Shown: positions 25,678 to 35,687 of the stretch, piece by piece
Position numbering within the stretch: the first letter of the stretch is position 1
Layout: each line of letters begins with the position of its first letter
From: Prorocentrum cordatum
Lineage: Eukaryota
NCBI GenBank assembly: GCA_963575745.1
Contig: CAUYUJ010000294.1
Location: 1 to 64,000, forward strand
Direction: 5' to 3'
Length of the DNA stretch: 64,000 bases
Program-made: the position numbers and the translations under genes
Notes under the pieces: generated by a model
The model's database searches: none
What the model was told of the DNA's origin: nothing
Seen by the model: the letters and a program-made list of their open reading frames with translations, nothing else

Positions 25678-28600
25678 GGAGGAGGAGGAGGAGGAGGAGG
25701 AGGAGGAGGAGGAGAGAAGGCGGAGATAAAGGTGGAGGTGGAGGAGGAGGAGGAGAAGGAGGAGGAGGTGGAGAAGAAGGAGGAGGAAGAGGAGGAGATG
25801 AAGAAAAAAGGAGGAGGACAAGGAGGAGGAGGAGGAGGAGGAGGAGGAGGAGGGAACAGGAACAAAGAAAGAGGGAGGAGGAGGAGGAGGAGGAGGAGGA
25901 GGAGGAGGAGGAGGAGGAGGAGGAGGAGGAGGAGGAGGAGCAGGAGGAGGAGGAGGAGGAGAGGAGAAGGATGACGAGGGAGGAGGGAGGAAGGACGCGG
26001 GCGGATGAGAGGGGAGGAGGAGGGAGGGAAAAAGGCGGAGGAGGTAGGAGGGAGGAGGGAAAAGGATGGAGGAGGGATGAATGAGGAGTGAGGAGGCAGA
26101 AAGGGGGCGGAGAATGAGGAGGAGGAGGAAGAGGACAGGGAGGAGGGGAAGGAGGCGAAGGAGGAGGATAAGAGTCGGAGGCGGAGGAGAAAAGGAAATG
26201 GCGAGAAGGAGGAGAAGGAGGCGAGGAGCAGGAGAAGGAGGTGGAGGAGGAGGAGGAGGAGGAGGAGCAGGCGAAGGAGGGGTAGGAGAAAAGGAGAGGA
26301 AGCGAGGAGGAGGGGGGGAAGGAGGAGGACAACGAGGAGGAGGAGGAGCAGGAGGAGGATGAGGAGGAGGACAAGGGATAGGGAGGAGAAGGAGAAAGAT
26401 AAGCGGCGGAAGGAGAAGGAGGAGGGAGGAGGAGGAAGAGGAGGAGGAGGAGGAGGAAGAGGAGGACGAGGAGGAGGAGGAGGACAAGGAGGAGGACGAG
26501 GGAGGGAGGCGAAGGAGGAGGAGGGAGAAGAAGGAAGGGATGAAGGAAAAGGAACAATAAGGGGGATGAGGGGGGAGGAGGAAGAGGAGGAGGAGGAGGA
26601 GGAGGAGGAGGAGGAGGGATGAGGAGAGGGGGAGGTTGGAGGACGAAAAGGAGGAGGATGAGGAGGAGGAAGGGGAGGAGGGAGAGGAGGAGGATATGAA
26701 GGAGAAGGAGGAGAGGGAGGAGGAGGAGGAGGAGGAGGAGGAGGAGGAGGAGGAGGAGGATGAAGAGGAGAAGAAGGAGGAGGAGGAGTGAGGATGAGGA
26801 AGGAAGAGGGAAGAGCACAGAGCAGGAGGAGAGAGGGAAGAAAGTTGTGGAGGCAGGAGGGAGGAGGAGGGAGCAGGGAGGGAGAAAAGGAGGAAGAGAA
26901 GAGGACGGGGAGGAGAAGGAGGAGGAGAGGGAGTAGTACGTAGGAACAAAGGAGGAGGCGGACGAGGAGGAGGAGAAAAAAACAGGCGAGGAGGAGGGGG
27001 AGGCGAAGAGCAGGAAAAGAAGGCGAAGGAGAAGGAGGAGGATAAGGAGGGGGAGAACGAAATAAGAGGAGGCGGGAGGAGGAGGCGAGGAGGAGGAAAA
27101 GGAGGTGGGTGAAGAGGAGGAGGAGGAAACAAAAAGGCGGAGGAGGAGGAAAAGGCGGGGGAGCAGGAGGAGGAGGCGGAGGAGGTTGAAGAGTAGGACC
27201 AGGAGGACAGATTGAGGCGAAGGAGGAGGAGGAGAGCATGAGGGAGGGGGAGGGGGGAAGGGGAAGGGGAAGGGGGGGAAGGGGAAGGGGAAGGGAGGAG
27301 GAGGAGGAAGAGGGGAGGAACACGAAGAGGAGGAGGGGAAGGAGGAGGAGGAGGAGGAGGAGGAGCAGGAGGAGCACCAGGAGGAGGAGGAGGGGGGAAG
27401 GAGGTCGTGGAGGAAGATGATGATGACGAGGAGGAGGAGGAGGAGGAGGAGGAGGAGGAGGAGGAGGAGGAGGAGGAGTTGAAGGAGGGAGGATGCGAAC
27501 AAGAGGAGGAGGAAAAGGAGGAGGATGAGGAGGTGGAGGATGAGGAGGAGGAGGAAGACACAAGTGACTAGAGGGTCGCCGCAGCCGGCCACTGGAGCGC
27601 CTCGAAGCGGCCCTCTGCAGAGGACGAAGTGGTGCTGGCCGAAGGCGAACACCATGCGCCGCGGGGGTTGGGGGGGCGGCGCCATAGCCGCAAAACGGCC
27701 CGGGCCCTTACCGCCCCCCCCGAGCCGCCCCCAGCGGCGTCTAGCAGAGACCGGCAGCGGCCGCACGCGAGGCTGACGAGGAGGCGTCTCGCGACCGCCT
27801 TGTCGCCCTCCGAGAGCGAGGGGATGGCGGCGCCCAACGCCGCCAGGAGGGGGCTGCTCGAGTCCACGACGCCTACGCCCAGCCTCCCCAGGAGCGCCGC
27901 CACCTCGGCCGTCACGACGTCCGCGCCGCCAACGGGCACCGCTCACGATTGCACAACCCTGGGCTCCGCGACCGCCACCGCCTCCGCCGATCGCCGCGCC
28001 GCAGCGCGCCCGTCGGCTTCAGCAGCAGCGCCAGCCTCCGCGAGACGAGTGGCGACCCGACGTGCGTCGTCCGCCCACTCGTCATCCATGTCGTCGTCGT
28101 AGGGCGCCGTGGCGGAGGCCACCGCCGCTTGCACGAGCGCGAGGCCCGCGGGAGCAGCGGTGTCCATCCTGGCGGCATCGCGGCGCGCCGCGCGGCGCTG
28201 GCGGCGCCGCCGCCGCTTCACCGCCCGCGCAGCGGGGTCTGCACCTCAGCCAGGACGATCACAATCTTCATGCCGAGGACCACCAGCAACGCCATCGGCC
28301 GTCGGCGCCCGCCTCTCGCCCAGCTGGAACAGCACGGCGGAGGTGGCGGAGCGCGCGACCGCAGCGACGGTCCGCCGCGGCGCTCCAGCAAGGGCCGCCT
28401 CTCGCACCGCCGCCTCCACGAGGGAAGCCGCAGCGAGCGGAGGCGCGCAAGCCCCTCTAGGCTGCGCCATGCCGCCAGGCCAAGGGCGGGGCCGATGGCG
28501 AGTGGCGACGGGCAGCCGTGCAAACGCTTGAGCCAAAATGGCTTGACCCAAAATGGCAAACAAAAGGTGGAGGAGGAGGAGGAGGGAGAAGGCGAGAAAG

Positions 28601-31600
28601 AGGAGGAAGGGGAGGAGGAGGAGGAGGAGGAGGAGGAGGAGGAGGAGGAGGAGGAGGAGACTGACTGACTGACATCCCTGGGCGAACGGGAGTACGAGGG
28701 GTCTCCCCTTCTGTCGTTGAAATTCGCTAGGCGGCATGCCTGACTGGCTGCAACTTTGCTACACACTGGCACTGGTGGAAAAACACTCGGGCCCCCAGGC
28801 AACCCGTGAGGTATGAGCTCGGGGCGCTAGGGTGGCGGCCCACACGTTAGTTCACCAGGAGAGACTAAAGAACGCCAGCACCACACCAAGCAGCGCGGGG
28901 CCCCCCACGGCATCCCACCCTACAAGGCTAGGTACTAGACAGTCCTGAGCCTCTCCCTTGCTCAGGGGGGACGATTTTGTCTCCCCCTACCTTTGCCTTT
29001 ACCCCGTGCCTTAGGACGCGGCTGAATTTTTTCGGTCGGGGTGAAACGGCCCCATGGGGTCTTCCAGAGCAGATTCGGAGAGGGAGGAGGTGAAAGAGGC
29101 GAGAATCGCTTCCCTGCTCACTAAGCCCCTAGACACGAGCTCACGCAGACGCTCACTTCCTGCCAGGGTCCTCATCCTCCTCATTTCAGCCTCTCCTAGG
29201 ACGGCTCCAGCTTGTTCAAAAACGCGCGCGTCCCTCTCCAAAGCCCCGCGTGGGGCAGCTCCAATCAAGATCTCCCCGCCGTGCCTGGCTATCTCCGAGC
29301 GAATGACTCCGTCGAGCTCGTGTGCGATCTTGGTCGTCGAGAGAGCCCACTGCAACCGCACCTTGCCCTCCATGCGCTTCGACTTCTTCTTGGCCTCCTT
29401 GCCCTGTGGGACGCGCATCCTGAAGTACTTGATCTCCGCTGCCGCGTCTCTTAACTCGTACTTCATGACATTCTCTGTCCAGTATGTTCAGGAAGGTGGG
29501 GCAGGAAGGAGGAGGCGAGGAGGAGGAGGAGGAAAAGGAGGAATAAACAACTCCTGTGGGCTGGCTCTCGGCAGACCGTCCTTCCGCGAGGGGGGAGGCC
29601 TCAAAGGAGCCAGAGGTCCTCTCTTCCAGTTCGAAGGGGGCCTCCTCCTCCTCCTCCTCCTCGCCTCCTCCTCCTCCTCCTCCTCCTCCTCTTGCTCCTC
29701 CCTTTCCTCCTCCTCCTCCTCCTCCTCCTCTTGCTCCTCCCTTTCCTCCTCCTCCTCCTCCTCCTCCCTTCTCCTCCTCCTCCTCCTCGTCCTCAACCTG
29801 GTCCTCCTGGTAGGCCTCGTCCTCCTCCTCCTCCTCCTCCTCCTCCTCCCTCCTCCTGCTCCTGCTCCTCCGCCTCCTCGTCCTCTTCCTCCTCGTCCTC
29901 TTCCTCCTTGTCCTCCTCCTCCGTATCCTCCTCCTCCCTCCTTATCCTCCTCCTTATTATCCTCCTCCTCCTCCTCCTCTCCCTTCTCCTCCTCTTCTCT
30001 GATCCTCCCTCATCCTCCCCTCCTCCTCCTCCTCGCCTCCTCTCCTCATCATCATCATCATCCTCTTCCTCCTCCCCCCCTCCTCCCAACCTCCTTCCCC
30101 CTCCTCCTTCTCCTCCCTTTCCTCCTCATCTTCCTCCTTCCCCCTCCTCCTTCTCCTCCCTTTCCTCCTCATCTTCCTCCTGGGTACAGGAAGCCTCCTT
30201 TGACGCCCCTGGGGCCTTCCAAAGCCCCCAACCTTCTGAAAAAGACCTCGGCCTCCTTTTTTGTTTTCCATAGTTGCGTGAATCCAACGAATCAGTAAAC
30301 GTCTAAACATAGCTCTTTCGGAATTCCCCTAACCTTCTGGGAATCCCCTCGCGCCACCCCCTCGCGGGCTCAGCCGGCCGGGGAAGGCGCGGGGCGGCGC
30401 CGCCGCGGGCCTTGACATAGTTCGCCACGATGTTGCAGCACTTCTCGCCCATCTTGTACAGTTGGATCAGCGCCTTTCGCGGCACCCGCCCAGCCATCTC
30501 CTCGAAGAGGTGGAGGTTGGAGTCGGATACGGCAGGGGCTGCCGAGCCAGTCAGGGAGGGGGAATCGCGCAGAATTCGGCATTCAATGCCCATCTGAAGC
30601 AGGCGGTTCAGATTGGACAGGGAACGAAGCCTGCGTACAACAGTGCATTGCCCCATCTCTAACGGCTGGCATGAGCGATTCCCCACCTCAGCCCTCTAGC
30701 CGGCTCCGTGGAGGGAGAAGAGAGGGTGAGGCGTGATGAGGGGGAGGCAGGAGGAGCAGGGACCAGAGTGAGCCCAGGATGCACCAGCGAGGCCGCAAGA
30801 CCCCCTCCCTCCCGTCCCAGGTCGCCCCCTTCATAAGTCCCTGCGGCATGTTCGTGCCATGACGACCCCGGCGGTGGCTCCTGATACCGCGTGGATCATT
30901 CAACCTTGACCGATCGGCGGCGTTTCGATCGCAAGATCCACAAATAAATAGACACAACTAACAGGATTCCCATAATTCCTACATATTCTTGGTTTCTTGG
31001 TTTCCCCCCCCCATTTCCCATATTTTCCCATACTTTCGGGGGTGTTCTTTCTCCCCTCCTGAACATTGGCCGATGCTGGGAAACTGGCGGCTTTCAGCCA
31101 CGCTGCCGGAGGTCCGGCCCAGGCCCCTTTCCGACGGGGAGGAGGGGGGGGGGCCTCGTGGAAGGACGGGCGGCCGACGGCCAGCCAGACGGTAGCGAGG
31201 GGGACTCCCCCCCTCCTCCTCCTCTCTCCCTCCCTCCTCCTCCTCGCCTCCTCCTTCCTCCTCCTCCCTCCTCCTCCTCCTCCCTCCTCCTCCTCCTCTC
31301 CTCCTCTCCTCCTCCTCCTCCTCCTCCTCCTCCCTCCTCCTCCTCTCTCCTCCTCTCCTCCTCCTCCTCCTCCTCTCCTCTCTCCTCCTCCACGCTGCCG
31401 CCTCAACGCGACACGCGTCTGCCGTGCAGACACTCCTCTCCGCCGCAGAGGCCCCCCCCCCCGCCCGCATGACGAGAGGGCCTCGCGGCCCCGCCGCTCG
31501 GCCCCCCCCTCGCTGCAACAGGGCGCCCGAGTTATCCGGGGTAACTCGGGTCCGGGGTAACTCGGGTTTGGGTTCCCGGAAAACGAACCCGAGTTAGCCC

Positions 31601-33493
31601 TGACCCGAGTTACCCCTGATGATTCGGGGCTCTGGACGCCCGAGTTATCCGGGGTAACTCGGGTCCGGGATAACTCGGGTTCGGATTCCCGAAAAACGAA
31701 CCCGAGTTATCCCTGACCCGAGTTACCCCTGATGATTCGGGGCTCTGACACAGGATCCGCCCTCCGGCCCCGCGTTTGCAGAACAGTGAAGGGGCCCTGG
31801 GACACGCAAACAAATACACAACAAATCCAAAGGGTGTTTTTTTGGGGGGTGGTTTGCCACGAAGGGGCCCCACGACCCACACACACACACGTAAATACAC
31901 ACAAATAAAAAGATTCCCAATATTTTCCCATATGTTCTGGGTTCTTGTCTACCCCCCCCACTCCCCAAATTGTTCCACATTCTCCGGGGAGTCGACGGTT
32001 AATTGTGTCTGTGTGTTTTTTTTTTCCCCCTCCTGAAGAACATGCACATCGGTACGCCAGATTCGCGTCGTGCCGACTTCGGCGTTGGTTTTTCTGACAC
32101 CGCGGGCATCGCTCCAGCTTGAACGATCGGCCGTTTCCGGAACGCCCAAATCGTTCCACATCGAACGATTCTGGGTCGCCCGCGGCGTTCCAAAAATTGA
32201 ACGACGCTGGCGGGGTCGCCGCTGGTCGACACGACACGAACCTACCGTAGGAGGGTAAAGGCCCAAGGGTCGGGTGCACGCCAGCATGGGTCAAGGATCT
32301 GTCGATCTGGCGCGCGGGCGCCAGATCCAAGCCTCGGGAAAGGCCCTCCCCTCCAAACCGCTGTGAGGCGCGTGCCGCTCGATTAAAGGCGACGGACTGC
32401 GCCGATTTTGTATGGAGGCCGGGCCCGCCGCTAACCCCTGCGGGCTAACCCGTTCTTGCACTGCCGTGCAGCGGAAACCCCGCTTAGAAGCTGGCATGGC
32501 CTCCGTCAATGAAAATGTTGCGCGACCTCGGAGCTCCGCTTTTCAAGCTCTGCAGACGGCAACAAGGGGTGCCAAATTGTAAAAATGAGCCACTTGGATA
32601 CTCCGGCCATGGAATGTGAGTAGGTCTCAGGCGATAGCCGCAATTGGAAAGGTGCCAGCATTCGCCCCTGTAGGCTGCAAACTTGGCAACCGAAAGTGCG
32701 CGGCGCGTGTGGTGAGAACCAACATTTGAAAACGATTACTCTTTCATACTCGTGCAGCTGCTGGAGTTGTGTGATCTTCGCCTTTATGAGCTGTAAGATC
32801 ATAGGTTACGAAACGCCCAGCCAAACCTACGGACACGCCGAGTTATCGTTCAGCGAAAATATGGAAGAGGGGTGATGATGAAGGAGATCGGGGATGAGGA
32901 GGAGGAGGAGAAGGAGGAGGCGGATAAGAGAGGGTGGCGGGGAGGGGAGAGAATGGATGTAGATCGATGATGGAGGAAGGAGGGGGAAAGCAGGAGTAAG
33001 AAAGAAAAGGGAATCCACATGATTGACGAAACTCAGCTGACGGAGCCCTGCCACAGCCCCCCCTGCAGCAGCCCCATTAGTACGCACCACAAGTGTCAAC
33101 CCACGAAAACCCCGATGCAGGAGTACGAGACGGCACAGCTCACGCGGATGAGAAGGAGCGAGAAGGGTGGAGAAGGGAGGTGGATCGTGGCTGAGAAGGG
33201 CGAAGGAGTAGGACAAGAGATGGCGAAGGATGACAAAGAACAGCTGGAGGATGACAGACCGATGGACGACTGACGACTATAAAGCTGGAGGATGGAACAT
33301 CGATGGGCGTCGGAGAACGGAGGGAAGTGAGGAAGAAAAAAGCGGGAGAGAGAGAGAGAGAGACAACAAGACACACACACAGACAAGCAGAGAGGGAGGG
33401 ATATAGAGAGAGATATACAAACGCAGAAAAGAGAAAGAGAGAGAGAGAGAGACTACGACAAACTAACACAGATAAAAAGAGAGAGAGAGATAA

Positions 33494-33528
<35 letters not shown>

Positions 33529-35628
33529 TAGCCGTCAATAGGACCAACATGCAGGGGGGGCCGAGAGTCGAGGCGGCAATTACGATTCGGGATGAGGGAG
33601 GACTGGGGAGGAATAAGAACATGATCTGGAGGTCGGAGAGGGGTGTGGTATAACGGGGTGTGGTGCCGATGCTGGAAATTGCGGCGTGTCTACGATAGCC
33701 ACAAGTGCGTTGCATCCAGGCTTCAGCAACATTGGCTTGCGAAGGCAACTTTGAATCAAGTCAGGACATCTCATTCACATTCCCAAGCGACCGCCACCTA
33801 ATGTGATCGGCGACAGACATGCCCAATGCATGCCGCCCTATCGCCAGACGGAAATTCCAGAATTTCGGGAATTCAGTTCTGTGATTCTGGACATTTCGGA
33901 ACGTCGTTTCGGAATTTCCCGAGTTATGGTCTGCGCTGAAACCATCCGCCACCGTGCCTGCAGCAATAGAGTACCCCAAGGCCCATGCAGCCCTGAGAAG
34001 ATTAGAACTGCAGATTTTTGTATTTTACAGGTTGAAGGGGCCCGGGCCACCGGTTTCACAAAGATTTCCCAGGACGTCCGGGCATCATTTCTGGGGACCC
34101 GGGATTTCCGGGGAGTCTTGGGGATTCCCTGGGCGTGTCGCAAGCGTCCTCCGGTGGCGCAGCTGGCCAAACATGGGCCCAAAAAGCGCCGAAGATGCAG
34201 GCCCAAAAACGCCCAAAGATGGCCTCAACGCGGCCCACGAGGCCCCGAAGGCGTCCCAAGAGTGCTCCAAGAGGCGTCCCAAGAGGGCCCCAAGAGGCAC
34301 AAATGATTGATTTTCCTCAGGTGTTCGAAGTGTTACGGCCTTCTCGCCTTTTCAACTTTCCGGCGCTCCAGAATGGCCCACGAGCCCCCCAAGATCGCCC
34401 CGAGAAGGCTGCAGAGGCCCCTAAAAGGGCCCCAAGACAGCCTAAGGGGCCCCAAGGCGGCCCAAGAGGCGCCCAAGACGGCGCAAGAGGGCCCAAAGAC
34501 GGCCCCAAGAGGAGGCCCAGATGGGGAGCCCGAACGGACACTTAGAGCACTCGGCCCCGAGGGACCCCCAGCAGGCCCCATGAGGCCCCCAATGGGCGCC
34601 GAGATGCGCCCAACAGGCCCCGAGAGGCTCCTAAGAGGCCCTCAAGAGGCTCACAAGAGGCCCCCAAACTGATCCCAAGAGGCCCCCAAGAGCGCCCCGA
34701 ACATTCTGATCCACAACCTAAGCACGGTGGCGGGATGTGCCAAAAAACCACTATAGATACCAATTCTAGATTCTGGAATTTCCGGGATTACGTCCTTGGC
34801 CGTGCAAGAAATATGGAATCACGTCTTCCCGATCCGGAATTTTCGAAATCGCGTGCTTGGTGATCGGGCGTCTGGTAACAGGTGTTTGCGTTGCTGTTTG
34901 CTGTTCGCATAGAACTGCGGTCACTCAGCGCAGTTGGAACCAGGAAATATGTCGTTGTTTGAAGCGTCGGCGCAAAGCCAACGCTGTTGAAATCGGGATG
35001 TAACGCACTTGCGGCGATCGTAGATAACATTGCCTTTCTTAGCATTGGCACAACACCCCTTCATACCACACTCCCTTACAACCTCCAGAAGAGAGAAGGG
35101 AGGAGAGAGAGGAGTTGAGGAGATGAGAGGGAAGGAATCCGAAGGAGAGAGGGATGATGAGGGGGTGGATAACTGTTGGCGAAAAGGGCACCGGCATCAC
35201 GTCAGCTGGATATCGTCCGCGGCACGGGCTCTATACACAGGCGGCTTGTACAGACGCCAATGACCGGGCCAAGTCGGTGATGCAGCGACGGAAGGGTCCG
35301 CGGGCGATGGCGCGATGCTCGAAGAAGAACGACCTGCATAAGGATAACAACGTTCAGCGTCCGCGCAGGTTTCCTGGGTCTGTCGGCGATGGACCCCTCC
35401 TTGGTGCGCGGAGCATGCGACGGGCGCCGCCAGAGGGGGCCAGCGCCGATCCCAGGAAGCCGATCTGACCGCCAGATGTGTGCATGTCCATGCAGGCGTG
35501 GCTTCTTCTTCTTCGGGCAATGCACGTCGGTCGGAAGAAGTAGGTAAAAACATGAAGTAGGAAGGCGAACTAAGTATATTGGGTCCACTCCCTCCCAGAG
35601 AACAACAACAACAAACACAAACACAAAC

Positions 35629-35687
<59 letters not shown>

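Noticed and set aside
25237..27946. Long ORFs of 708-893 aa (and similar ones at 102-1064, 20809-22429, 29054-30298, 52789-54584)
   Set aside because: They are translations of (CCT/GAG/ATC)n microsatellite islands, open in several frames on both strands, with no domain content.
31610..31748. TGATGA ... CTGA suggesting box C/D snoRNA
   Set aside because: The boxes are only about 9 nt apart and lie inside a multi-copy palindromic repeat; no guide structure.
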